Shown: positions 37,271 through 50,900 of the stretch, piece by piece
How the letters are laid out: every line of letters begins with the position of its first letter
Position numbering within the stretch: position 1 is the stretch's first letter
Assembly (NCBI GenBank): GCA_040954595.2
Contig: CM082578.2
Span: 10,547,166 to 10,611,165 of the forward strand
Source: Balanoglossus misakiensis
Taxonomy: Eukaryota > Animalia > Hemichordata
DNA: 64,000 bases
Reading direction: 5' to 3'
Position numbers and translations under genes: made by a program
Notes under the pieces: model-generated
Seen by the model: the letters and a program-made list of their open reading frames with translations, nothing else
What the model was told of the DNA's origin: nothing
The model's database searches: none

Positions 37271-40200
37271 ATGAACCCTGAAGGCAATCATCACCAGACC
37301 GCAATGCCTGACCAGGTGATGGAAAAACAAGAAAAGACCACGAGCGCAAGCCCACCACCCGCAGGTACGGCTGATGAGAAGGTAAGAATTTCGTCATTGC
37401 ACGCACATAGTACAGACTACCAGCTTGGGACAGAAAAAGCGCGGTTCAACAATCGACTGAAAGTTATTTTCTTTATCATCAGATTCGTCACAGTCGCCTA
37501 TGGCAACAACATATTGAGGTCTAAAAGCATGCTAACACCACACACTGATATGACCAGACCATCGGTGAACCCCCTCCCAATATATGCCACTTTGCTTCAA
37601 CTTAAAAAGTTCAAAGTTTCACCGTAGCTGTATGTGCCGCGAACTTTTCCTTTTATTAGAACTATTCTGTCAATATAAGAGGTACACCCGCTGTATCGTT
37701 GGCCGGTGTGCAAACATATTCACCGTCGAGTACGCTGAACAATCGAAGTTAATTGTCAAACGCGAATCTCAAGTTGTTTGAAGTTCGTTAAAGCGCAGGT
37801 GCGCATCATAGACAAACTCTCTCCGTCTCTGTATGTCTCTCTCTCTCCCTCTCTCTCTATCGACTTGGAGACGTCATAGAAAACTGTTTCATCAGATTTA
37901 AATTGTTAATTGTATCATCGAGCGGACGTTGACCCATCGTGAAAGTTTGGCCTTGGCTCATAAAGTTTACGAACGCAGATTTTATGGGAAAAGTTCAAAC
38001 AAGGTAGCCTAACGAAAACAAATGAACAACAGGAAACAACCTTCGACGTAAGAAAACTATATGTGCCTTGTCAGGTGCAGCCTAATAGCTTTAACATCAA
38101 AAATATAAATTTGTCGCTCTTTGCCGCCAACTGAAAAGCCGAAATGAAAATACATTTTAGGGAATAGTCGTTTTTTTCTGGAGCTCGTTGGATTGTTGGA
38201 GGTTGTCGGTTTGTTTTGTGTCAGTACAAGTCCTGGAGATGCATTGGGAGGGTTATTATTTTACTTTTCGTGCAAGAGCTTGTTATGGGTTCACTAGTTT
38301 TCTTGGATTCAGCCCTCCCTCACGTACAGGTATAATGCAAAAACAACAACAACATAACAACAACATGCACCAAGAACAATTAATTAAAATTTAAAATTAT
38401 ATATAGCATCACTGGTGGGAATAGTTCCGATGGCGATGACGACAAAATGTGTGTGCATTCAGGACTGCTGGCGTGTTTGTACGTGTTCACCTGATATAAA
38501 CCGGGGGGGGGGGGGGGGGGGGTTCTGGCGTATAATGTTCGACTGTAAGGAATATGCTTGTGTCAAACTCGGATGGGAATGAACAGGTTAAACTTGAATT
38601 ATTTTCAAACCACGAATATTGAGACGTGCAAAAAACGGTGCAATATTTTAGTATTGAACAATCACACGAGATTATTGAAACCAACAATCGGCCATATACA
38701 AGTAATGTGAATTCTATAGGCCCTAAGCCATAATCGTTGTTAAGCCGCCTTCACTCGGTAACAGTCAAGCTCTATCATCATTCAGTGACAATCATGACGG
38801 TCAAGTTCATCAAAGTAAAGACAAGATTATGTTAATGAACTTTCATTCATGGACACCGGGGGCGCTATAACTAGGAATTTTCCATGCACAGCTTTACTAC
38901 ACGTTTTCTATTATTACTACGGCGTGTTCGATCGTCCTCGATATAAAGGCCACGAACGATCACACACCTTTTTTATCAAGCCAGAAGACCCGGGGTTAGT
39001 ACGGCGGATGGTCGATTGTAGATTTCTGACTCGCTGACAAGTGAACAACATCCATAAAGGCATTGAAGTAAACGATAGTACATGTGCACCACCACTCTCA
39101 ACTCGAGCAACCCCCGTGCAAACCACTGTTTCCACCACATTTTGTGTTTTATATCAACGTAACTACAGGAAACCACGCCCGAAATGAAAGTGAAGCCCGG
39201 CATGAAGAGCAGCATGGACTCCGAAGGTGTGGAAAACAAAGAGCGCGGAAACTGGACGGGAAAGCTTGACTTCATGCTGTCTCTCATCGGTTATGCTGTG
39301 GGCATCGGAAATATCTGGCGATTCCCCTCGCTCTGCTACAGGAATGGAGGGGGTGAGTATTAACCTGGAGGGTTGAGGGGTCTGGGGGTCACTGCAATCG
39401 CCCCGGCATGTGCCGTGTGACATGCATGGATGGATGGCCATGGAATACTTTCACCCTTCATGTACGTTTGAGACTTGAGATCGGCATGCTTTCGTGATAA
39501 AATTCCGCGCCCGCGGGCGGCACGTACATTGGGGTTGCTGATGCATTTCCAAGGAGGGGAAATGGGAAAGCTACATATCCATCCATGAAAAATGCATGTA
39601 TTTTCTCTTGTGAAGCTCGGCTTCATGGTCTCTGGTGGAAGAAAAGCTGTTACATTAGTAACACGAACGTGGCCTAAGCGTCAAGGACGTTGAAAATACC
39701 GGCGATTTTGCAGTATATTTGGGGGGGGGGGGGTGATCAGGGGGGAGGGGCAAGGAGCCAAGGCCGCTTGTTGTTTTCGACCACGTCCGCTCGTTGAAAC
39801 TTGAATGACTTTGGTGTGCGCCGACCTAATACTGGCACAATCGCAGACGCTCGGAAAATTGCCGTGTCAGTCATAATTTTGCAGTTCAAATTACATTTTA
39901 CTATTGAAATGTACAGATAGACGTTAATCCGCCCCAAGCGCTCGATGATTTCGCTTTTCTGTCGCCCGAGGGCGCACCACACTGTCGCACATCTATCAAG
40001 ATGATCAAGAACGCGAATGATTGCTCATCACAGACGCTCGGAATGTTGCCGTCACAATTGAATATACATTATATAAATAAACATAATCAATAAATAAACA
40101 CATCAGAATTAATTGACTTATAGATTCTTATCTGTAGAAGACACAAGATAGAAACAAAGTAGTCCGAAGTATCTGAAACTAAAGTCCTCGTTGAACTTTT

Positions 40201-41845
40201 TTTCCAGGTGCCTTTCTGATCCCGTATCTGATAGCGATGGTCATTTGTGGAATGACACTGTTCTTCCTGGAGTGTGCATGGGGTCAGTTCTGTAGTCAGG
40301 GACCCATCACAGCTTGGAAACTATGTCCAGCGTTCAAAGGTAACTATAACTGTTCAGCTTAATGCTTTATGTTGTTTTTTGTGTGTGAATAGTTCCACAT
40401 TCCCACTGCTTAACCAATTCCCATTTTGTTGTCTGGTCAAAACCAGGACTACAAATGTGGGCATTACTAGTAAATGAATGACTATTTTTCAGGTGCCGGG
40501 TATGCTATGGTGGTCATTTCCTTCATCACGACCATCTACTACAACGTCATCATCTCCTACACAGCTTTCTACTTCTTCGCGTCATTTGGTTCATCTGTGC
40601 CGTGGGCGGACTGCGATAATGCTTGGAACACGCCCATGTGCAGTCAGAACGTCAACAGTTCTGCTATCAACGAGACGCTAGGATTCAACAAGACGGCTCT
40701 GTACGAGTTGAATTTTACCGAACCGGTCCGAATCAGCCCCGCCGAGGAATACTGGACGTAAGAAACTTGTAACAATTCAAGAGCATGACCGCATAACTAT
40801 TGCACAGATGAAAGCGGGGGATTGAAAAGGATTTGAAACTTAAAATAGTTACCCACTATTTACATCACTGTTTGTTGCAGGAACTACGTACTGAACATCA
40901 GTGATGGACTGGAAAATATGGGGTCAGTCCAGTGGAAGTTGGCCCTGTGTCTCTTGTTCACCTGGATAGTTGTTTTCTTGTGTCTTATGAAGGGAGTGAA
41001 ATCATCTGGAAGGGTGAGTTGGAATATAGAAGTTGGATGGATTCCTGAGTCAAACTGTGATGTCATTTGTAATTTAATAGTGCTAATTGATCTCAAAGAG
41101 GCGTTTTCTTACAGCAATAGTATTACATGCAGATGACATGCAAGGTCTCTAACATAGGCATAAGATGCACATACCATTCTTGCAAGGTAATTCATAGTTG
41201 GTAATTAATTTTCTCATGTTTTTTTTTCTTTTCACAGGTTGTATATTTTACTGCCACATTTCCGTACGTGATTCTCTTTGTTCTCCTGATCCGTGGGGTA
41301 ACCCTCCCAGGCGCCTCCACAGGGTTGAAATTCTTTCTTGTGCCCAAGTGGGAGTTATTGTTGGTGCCCAAGGTTTGTAATCAGAATTTGATTGATTTCT
41401 AAGATTTGTGGGACAGGTTCGGGTAGTGGAGAGGGACGAATGGCCGCATTTTCATCGTTACCATGGTTGCAGTTGCTTTGTGGGAGATTGCCCATCAGAT
41501 TTTTTCTCTCTCCATATTTACCGATTGATATGCAAGCTCATGGGCCTTTTTTTTATTTCCCTCCTAGGTTTGGGGTGATGCCTTCAGTCAGATCTTCTAC
41601 TCGCTGGGACCTGCGTGGGGTGGGCTTCTCACCATGGCCAGCTACAACCGCTTCCATCATAATGCATTGCTGTAAGTAAGACAGTACGAAGTATTAATGA
41701 CATTGTACAGAGCACCCATTGTATCATCTCTGTGGAGGATATTCACTTGTAATCTTCTAATTCTTGTTATGCTGAAAGGTTCAACTAAAGCTATTTGAGA
41801 TGATAAAATCACTTAGATTGTGATGAACAAATAGGTTTTAAATAG

Positions 41846-41886
<41 letters not shown>

Positions 41887-44800
41887 CCATCATCATCATC
41901 ACCATCATCATTGTTATTATTATGGATTTGTTGTTGTTTTGTTCATTGTTTTTCCTCTTGTTTATCAGGGACTCTATTATTGTACCACTTGTGAATTCGG
42001 GAACCAGCATCTTTGGGGGCTTTGCCATCTTTTCTGTGGTTGGATTCATGGCCCAAGATCTGCAGGTGCCAATTGAAGAGGTTGTGAAATCAGGTAACCG
42101 TTCATAGATGTTATTGAATTGTTAATTTCCCCCTTGCTTAAAGGGAGAGAGACTTTGTCCCTTTAATGATAAGTGTTCAATCTTTGTGTGTGTTATGTTT
42201 TGGTTTGTCTATTTACTTGCTTGTATTTTGTAATCTCAAAGCCCCTACAGGAATAATGGCAGAAGTTTGTAGTTTACCAACACAACAAAATAGCAATTTG
42301 AAGTTACTGTATGCAGAATAATAACTGTGCTGTTTTTTTTGTTGCAGCTACAACTTTATCGTGTCATTAATAACTTTCTTTTCCTCTACAGGACCCGGAC
42401 TTGCATTCGTTGCATACCCAGAGGCTCTGGCACGCATACCCTTAGCTCCATTCTGGTCCATTCTTTTCTTCTTTATGTTGTTTACATTAGGACTTGATAG
42501 CCAGGTAATCCGAGTTATAGGGCTTGCACTGTGCTATCTTTGGGTTTTGCAGGTGCCAACGTCAGGTTTTTGTTTTTCGCTTTTCAAAACGGCCATCTCA
42601 TTAGTAACCGCGTTTGCAGGAATATATATGTTGACCTGTACAATCATACAAGAATGATTTCGCCAGATAAGCAACCTGCATGCGACTCAATCCAATTAGT
42701 TAAGCACTTTGGCTTAATCACAGTGTGAATACCGATCACGTTAAAATTAAACAAGGCAGTCGAGGAATGAAGTTGTTTGAAGGTGAAGTAGAGGAGTGTT
42801 ATTTTTCTGTCGGTCAGGTTGTGCTTTTTTCGTCTCAGTGTGTGTCCTTGCACGTCGTGAGAAGTTAGCATAATTGACTAATCTGTCCTCGGGATGTTGC
42901 ATTTTCAGTTGGGCGCAGACAGAAGACTTTAATACACTGTTTTAATTGTGTCGTGAAACTGTTCATTCGTAAAGTACATGTAGCTTGTGAAAGATGAGTA
43001 GACTTTCATCGACTGAATGTATGTTAATTGTTAGCCGTACATGTAAGTTTGCAACCTTCAGCGATCTGGCTACCGCGAATGAGGGAAGAGTGGTTGTCCG
43101 GAGACGCAGTACATCGATCCAGGAGGGAGAGAATGGAGAGGGGGGGGGGGGTAGCTTTGTGGGGTTTCGATGCCATATGCAATTCAATTACCGTTGTTCC
43201 ATTTCCTAACCACTGTGTCAAACACTGTTCCCTGTGCAGTTCGGTATGGTTGAAGGTGTGTGCAGTGCCATCATTGACACGTTCCCTGGCCTGCTCCGAA
43301 AGAGGAAGACGCTCTTCATCCTGGGACTCAGCATCACCGAGTTCTTTCTCGGCTTGCCCTTGGTGACAAATGTGAGTATATAAGGAACTTTTGAAACGGT
43401 TGTCCTAACAATGTGATGTGCTAGGTAGCCTGTGAAGCAAGTTAAAACCAGGCTTGGGATTGATTACTAATTAATGCAATTATCAGAATCAGCCAATCGG
43501 ACGGAACAATACTTGCATGTCTGGCCTTCTTGTGCAAGTGAAGGATTCTGTACTACACAATTGCTGTAAAGTTACAAAATGATTAAAGAGAGGGGGAGGG
43601 AGGGAGGGGGAAGCAAAGAGAGAGAGAGAAAGAGACATACTGATATGATACCCATGTTACAAGTGCATGTATTTCACTGCAGTCCACTGGGAAATGGCTG
43701 AAAACATTTCTTCCTATATTGATTCGTCATCAAAATATTTTTATAAACCTTGGTGCCCGACAAATATATTTTGAGAGCTTTCATTTAACATCATTATGCT
43801 TTGTGTTCATTTCAGGGTGGAATATATCTGTTCACAGTAATTGACTGGTACACTGGAGTCATTTCCCTCTTTGTTGTGGCTCTATGCGAATGTGTGGTGA
43901 TCGGCTTGATTTATGGTATGTACTATAGTGACCATTCGTCTGTGGTTGGGGCGCAGGAAAAAGAAATCTTGTTCTGCATGGCGCTGTTAATTCTTTTAAT
44001 TTCACTGTGTACATGTACTGCCAAGTGAAATCCAACGGTGTCTGATTGTTAGATGCACTGTGAATTGACAGTGCATGGGATTATTTTCCTGATTGTTCCG
44101 TGTTTCCGATATCTGTATTTCAGGTGTCAACAACTTCTCCATGGACATTCAGATGATGCTGGGATCGCAGCCTAATATTTACTGGAAAGTCTGTTGGGTG
44201 TTTGTGACTCCATTCTCGATCGGGGTACGTACGTTGTCATGATTGAGGTTCAGAACCTGTGGCTAGACAGGAGTATGTAATTGGTGAGGTGTATAACCTG
44301 TAAATATGTGACTGAAAATTCTCTGTTTATTTAATGAGATTGTTTGCCAAGCATTACCGCGGATCATGTAAAAATTAGTTATTATTGTAACTGATTTATC
44401 GATCAACGAAATCTGGCTGATGGAGCGATAAGTGGCAACATCCCCTCTTTTGTCTGTGAATGAAACATGAAGTGGAGGTTTTCCCAGACACAGAATTCAA
44501 GTTTTTTCAGCCTGGAGGTGGCTTTGAAGTTTTGGCGAATGTGGTGGTGGCAGTATTAATATGGAGCAACCATATGTACATGTATTTGCAAAAAAAAAAA
44601 ATTCAATTTTTTTTAAAAACTTATCCAGATTTTTCCTATTTCTTTCAAACAGTTCATCATCATCATGACCTACGTGGGTTATGTTCCGGTCTATTACGGA
44701 GACTATGTGTACCCTCCATCTGGTGAGATCATTGGCTGGCTTTGTGCCGCTGCCTCCTTGTTAATGATTCCCCTGTGGATGGTCCTGGAGTTCTTCATGC

Positions 44801-45153
44801 ACAGCGAGGGCGATGGATTTATCCAGGTAAGTGGTTGCAAAACAAAGGCTTCTCTGGGGACGTGCCTTTGATGTGTGAAAACTGAATACATTTTGTGGGT
44901 TAGACCAGCTCATGTGTTACAGATGCAATTTACACTTAAGAATTTCATCCCCCATAAATGTCTGATTGAAATTCCCTTTCAGCGATGCCAATCAGTGCTG
45001 AGACCAACTGAAGACTGGGGCCCTGCATTGGACCAGTACCGTACCGGCCGATACGACCCACTGAACCAAGTGAAGTTCTCGCCAATTCCGTTGGAGTCCA
45101 AAGAACCAAGCAAGACTGCAAATTTTGAGACTCATAGGGATGTCGGTGTATAA
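37271..45153 (+). CDS. SLC6 Na+/Cl- dependent transporter, glycine/amino-acid (GlyT/PROT/ATB0+) clade, 14 exons
   Basis: Exons at about 37271-37381, 39168-39352, 40208-40339, 40493-40757, 40881-41013, 41238-41372, 41568-41671, 41969-42092, 42392-42503, 43240-43371, 43816-43915, 44124-44224, 44653-44826 and 44982-45153. Motifs: [83 protein letters not shown] and LGLDSQF. Confidence 0.95.
41848..41911. repeat. (CAT)n microsatellite, intronic
   Basis: About 20 copies seen directly. Confidence 0.95.
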
Positions 45154-46040
45154 ACATGTACATCTACATCTACATATAGTTGTAAACAGATAGATGCCTT
45201 TTGTTATATGGGCGTAGGGTTTAATATTTCTACATTGCGATTTCCACACTACTGGATTTCGTAGGGTGTTTGTCACTCGCGTCAGGGTGCGCACGATCCT
45301 GGAAAAAAAATCCCATACAGTCCCGGAGTGTTGGAGCACTTCTGAAGAGTCTGTGAAAAGTGGACATACTGGATGGAATAGGCATTGATCTTACAATCCC
45401 ATTCTGTAATTTTAGGTCTGAACTACGGTTACACAATTAAGTGGTGGGGAAAATGGCTGATGGCACAACAGAAAATCAGTAGAAAACATGTTTCCTTCAT
45501 GTACCTTGCAACCAAGCTTCTTTGGCTGTCTGCAGTACATACAACAACTCAACTTATTTACTAAATCAGGGTTAACAAATAACAGCATTTATTTTTGAAT
45601 GTTGCATAGTGCGTTTTGAGATGCACCTTCCTGAATCTTCCTGAATGTTCACTCGGTCTTCATCTCTGAAAAGAGAGGACTTAAAAAAATCTGATGAATG
45701 TCAAAAATTCTTTTTCTATGAAAGTATTGTTGAATATACGGTACTCGCATATTCTAGGTGGTGACCAATTATTTATTCACCTCTACTTACCACCTTATAG
45801 GTGGTGGCAAAATTATCCATCTTATAGTCTAACTTAAATTTGATTGAATTTAATTTAAGCTTCCAATGAACATTTGCATGCTTGACATCATTGTGGACAT
45901 TCCATTACAAGCACCAGTGGTCTACAGCTGTGAAGAAAGTTCACATAGCAACATACAAAGCCTTAATAGTGTCAACACCTTTGCTATGTTCTCTGGATGA
46001 CACTGGCTTATCAGTACTACTAAAGGGTCTCAAGGTTGAG

Positions 46041-46225
46041 TTGCAGCTGTTTGGCTGATAGGGTGCAGCTGCTTGGTTGTTAGGGTGCAGCTGCTTGGTT
46101 GTTAGGGTGCAGCTGCTTGGTTGTTAGGGTGCAGCTGTCTGGCTGATAGGTTGCAGCTATCTGGCTGATAGGTTGCAGCTACTTGGTTGTTAGGGTGCAG
46201 CTGCTTGGTTGTTAGGGTGCAGCTA
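46041..46225. repeat. 22-bp minisatellite, about 8 copies
   Basis: Unit tagggtgcagctgcttggttgt, with variant units containing ggctgatagg. Confidence 0.92.
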
Positions 46226-47942
46226 TTTGTGTATGTGGTTTATTCAGCACAACTCCCATTATTATGGAGACTTGGCAGAGTTGAATCATCTATCTTATCC
46301 CCCATTCCATTCCATTCCTTGGCTGAATATTGAATTGTCCTTCCGGTGTGTACAGCCCTTGTATTTATTGTTCAAGCGAATTTCCAATCCTCAGTTAACC
46401 CCCTCCTAAACTTGCAAAATTAAACACGTAAATGCTGATGCATTGTGTATGTCGAGAGGATAGAATACATTACAGATTTCGTGAAGTTATGGTTATGAAA
46501 GAAGTACAGACTCTATTTTTGTTAAGCATTTATTTTGTACAAAAGTGGCATTTCGCCGTTTGAGGTAGTGGACCCCCCCCCCCTATTGCATTGTTGCCGA
46601 ATGTTCATCTCCCACCATACCAAAGTGACGTTGTTAAAAGAAGAGACATTTTTGTGCCAAGAATTTTACGTCGGTTCAGATTTCAGTCCAGCTGGCTGCT
46701 TTGAAAACAAATAAATGTCTGTGGTGTTTGACAAACATGACCAGTAAGTAATAAACTTCGTGGGATTTTGGTACAAGAAATAAAACTTTCATATTTATAT
46801 TACCGGTAGGATGATTTCTTGGCTGTACATGTTTTCGTAGAAAGCCCCTGGTAGATTTTAGGTAAACGTCACTGTTGTTAAATTTACAAATAAATCCTGT
46901 CCCTCCCATTTTAAACTTGATCATGCAAGACTTAAGCAGTCTCTGGTACACGAATATGTCTTTGGTACGTGATATTTCTTTATTTAACAAATAAAATCGA
47001 ATATGCATTTTTTCCAAATATAAATAAAGTATATACAACCCATCTTTTTAATTATATTCTTACAAAACAGACTTCACTTAAATTGAACATGTACTATCGT
47101 GCATAGAAGAGAGCGTAATAAATTAAATATATCGTAAATGAACGCCGGAATTTGAATATTAAGTGAAGTCAACATCTTATTCGATTTTGTTATAAATGAA
47201 AACTGGTTGTTTCTCCAGGAAAAAATGATGATTCAGCCTAATATACGAAGCCTCATATCTTATCGATTCATAGCCTACAATGTGACTTTGGTCTTTAACC
47301 GTGCAGTTCTGCTCACTGACAGCCAAGTCGGCCGTCGCTTGCCTGAGCTTATTCCCTACCTGGCGCTGGATGTCACTAATACTGCAGTGATGTAATTTCT
47401 GATACGTACCAAAATTACGCCATCGAAACATCTTTTCCTATATACCAATCCATACACGGATATAATTCTCCGATCGATTGACATTGCGGAATGTTTAAAC
47501 TCGGACTACTTTTGTGACATCGCAGTTGTCCGAGGTCTAAATTAACAGCAAGGCGCAGTTCTAGTACATGTACATAGCAAAGAAACGAATTTGTCAAGTA
47601 GGGCAGTGCTATGTCAAAATGTAGTGACATTTTCCCTTAAAAATGAACTATCAAGCCATGAAGTAAATCACATTGCACATATCCAAGCAGAATTTGAAGA
47701 TAACACTGTCGTCCAACGCGCATTCGTCAGAATCGGGTCTCTGGTGATGCGTACATGTACAGGTTGAGAATTGCATATTGAGCCAAGATAACTGGTCATC
47801 AGGTATGTGTATGTGTATGTTTCAGTGAATTGAACAACATATATAGTCTATAAAAATAAATAAACCAAAACAATGTCAAACGATAGCGACTTTGCCCCTT
47901 TGACCTGTTACCTGCACGGTACGAGCAAATACCACACACTTT

Positions 47943-50900
47943 TTAAAAGTACCCGTCATCACTTATGCAATCAATGTTCACATAGATTAGGTTCGGGTCT
48001 CTGTCCTCAAATTGCGAAAAGTCGTAGCTTGTCGACGGAAAAACCGTCGGTATCTGGATATGTTCCTCTGGTGACAGTTGGTATAGAACTGAATTTGATA
48101 AAACTGTGGGTGTAAGAGGGTTCTCGCAAACGGCGTCCTCCGTGTCGCCCTGTGGCACGCCCGACGCGCCGTCGTTCGCGCGCATGCTGTGGACCAGCAA
48201 TGTTTCGTCAGCCTCTGTGTCGAAAATGGTGTTGACGCCGTAACGAACGCCGGACATTCTGTAAGATTCCATCCTCAGCTGGTGCTCCAACGCTTCCTCT
48301 TTCCGCCTGGTGTGGTAACACTTCGTCACCGAAATGACGACGATCACGACGATCGCCAGGAAGATCGCGCCAGAGACGCTGCTGACGAGGATGATGACCG
48401 CGGCCTCAAGCTTCGCGTCACCGCCGATTGGAATCCCGGTTACTCCTCCCTGCGTCGAGGAAACCGCCGCCACAGTGCTTGACGGCCGATTGGGAACGAA
48501 GATTACACTGGTGAAGACAACGTTGGATTTGTCGGAAGGGTTCCCGGATGAGTCGATGGCACGAATGCGGAAAGCATACGTTTTATTACTATCGTCCGTG
48601 TCGTTGACCATCAACGTCACGTACTCGCGGGATCCGGAGGTTTGCGGCGACGATAGATTTCCAGACGATATGTCGTCATCGGACAGTTTTGTGGCATTGT
48701 CGAAGTTGTCGTACAGTTCGTCCACGTCATCTGACATTCGCAGGTCATATTCATACGCTGTCATACAATGGGAATAAAAATAACGTGATGTTCAGAAATA
48801 ATCTATGGTAGTCTAATAGTGTAAAAATCGAACTATTTAGGGATAATTGGATATTCTTGAAATGCGGACTAAATCTCTCATGCATAATATTCATTTCTAT
48901 TTTTGCATGCAGTCTGTGGCCAATTTTCCACACACGACTGTCCCGTACCGTCCCTTCATACCTGTTCCAACATCGTAGTTATCTCCCACTGCCGTCCACG
49001 CTAACATAATGGTACTGTTCTCGGATGACGTGCTTTCCACGACAAGGTCGTGTATTCGTGAGGGTGGGAATTTATCCTCTGGTTCGGTTCCAGACGGCCC
49101 CCCTCGAACGTCGAATGCCCCGGCCGACTCAGCACGAGTGAAAAGATCGGCGGATATTTCCGTGACGTTGATGCCTCGAGTGATTTCTGCGAAATGAGAA
49201 AACGGAACGTTGACTCGGAAGACGCATCGAAAACAAATGCAAAGACTGTTCTGTTCTGTTCTGTTCTGTTATGTTATGTAGTTATGCTATGCTATTGCTA
49301 ATATGATATGATAATATAGACATTTATTTTCAAACTTGACGTTGGATTTTAAGAGAAGCGCCCCCATTATGTCTCCTCACCTGGGTCCATCACCATCGCT
49401 GGACTGGAGCCGGCAGAGTACGTTTTGATCGTTGCTTGTCCATCGGTGTTGGCCACTTTAACCTTAACACCATATTTGCAAATTTCTGACGCACACGGAG
49501 TGTAATCAAAGAAATAAGCTGAGTAGACGCCGTCATCTTTGGCAATATCAGCACCTGTGAGGGGCAAAAGGTAAAGAAGTACAGTAAATAGATTTTCGCC
49601 CGTCTCATGGAAAACACCCGCCCTATATCTGTCGGCCACGCGGGACCAGGGGTAGCCCAGAGCCGGCACAAAATACAACGTACATTAGCATTACATCGCT
49701 TTCTTTTCGCATGCGCACGACTGGTCACTTTAGGAATTAGAGGGCGTCAATTGTTTTTTGGCCAATTTCTGTCCTGTGTCCACTCACCTGCGCCGTTGTC
49801 TCGCAACACGACGGTGACCGGAGGTTCGCCAGGTCTGTCCACCGTGGCCGTGACATTGGCTTTGAGCACAGGCTGGTATCCCTTACGCACCTCGGCCAAG
49901 ATTTTCATGGTAGGGTCACTTTCATAATCGACGTCAGTCCTGCCAAGAAATCCTTTACTTCTGATTGGCTCGTCGCCAAGCGTTTTCATTCGTGATTCCA
50001 ACACCGTCGTCACTGTCTGGGAGATTCCGCCGTTGTTTATTATGTACGTCCATTTACCATCCTGTGTGTGTGATGAGGAAAAAATGGTGAATATCAATAG
50101 AAACTATTCTTGCCAAACATGATATAGTCCGCACGCATACTCTGTCGTGCGGTGATAGGATTATTGTTGTCCTCTTTTCCCGAAGAAATATCAGAAAAAG
50201 GATGCATTTCGTAGAAATTTTCCGGGAAAGGGAAACATTGAAAATTCACCTAGGGGCTACCACAAATCGAATAGAGACAGACAGACAGACAGCAATACGT
50301 GTACTGGCAACTCTACGCTTCCCCTGGGAACACAGATCCTTACCTCAGCGGTGCCGTCAATCTTGATTTCAACACGCTTCAGGTCTCCATCGACACTGTA
50401 CCCGTGATACGTATCGTTGTATTGTCCGCCACTGGGCGACACCAGCGACACGCGTACGTTAGCGGTCGATTCAGAGAACAGGAATGTGAAGACGGTGTCA
50501 TTGCCGACGGCGGAATCTACAAATACGGCGTCCTCGTGATGAACCGTTTCCCGCAGCGTTACTGCATGGCTCTCCAACTGTAAGCAGATAAACAGTTTTT
50601 TGTGAAAGTGGTGTAGTGCAATCAAGTTCTTGTGACCATACCAGCAACGCATTGAGCCTCATCGATTGTTTGATTACCGATAAGGATCTACAGATGTAAA
50701 CATGCATTTCTAAGTTTGCTACAGCTTTTTTATAGGACAAAAAATTAAATCTCTCCACTCAAATTGCGATTTCCCATCAAAACAGTATATTTACTAAAAT
50801 ATCTTTGCTTCTGGTAAAAAGAACTTCACGGAAACTTTAAGGTACAACCCCTCCCCTCCCGGATAATATCCGCTCAATATTAACAGTTGGCATTTCCTGG

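Noticed and set aside
41813-42049. Poly-Met ORF on the minus strand
   Set aside because: It is a translation of the (CAT)n microsatellite, antisense to an SLC6 intron and exon.
46041-46225. CRISPR-like array or telomere
   Set aside because: The units are contiguous with no unique spacers, the context is eukaryotic, and TTAGGG is not tandemly repeated.
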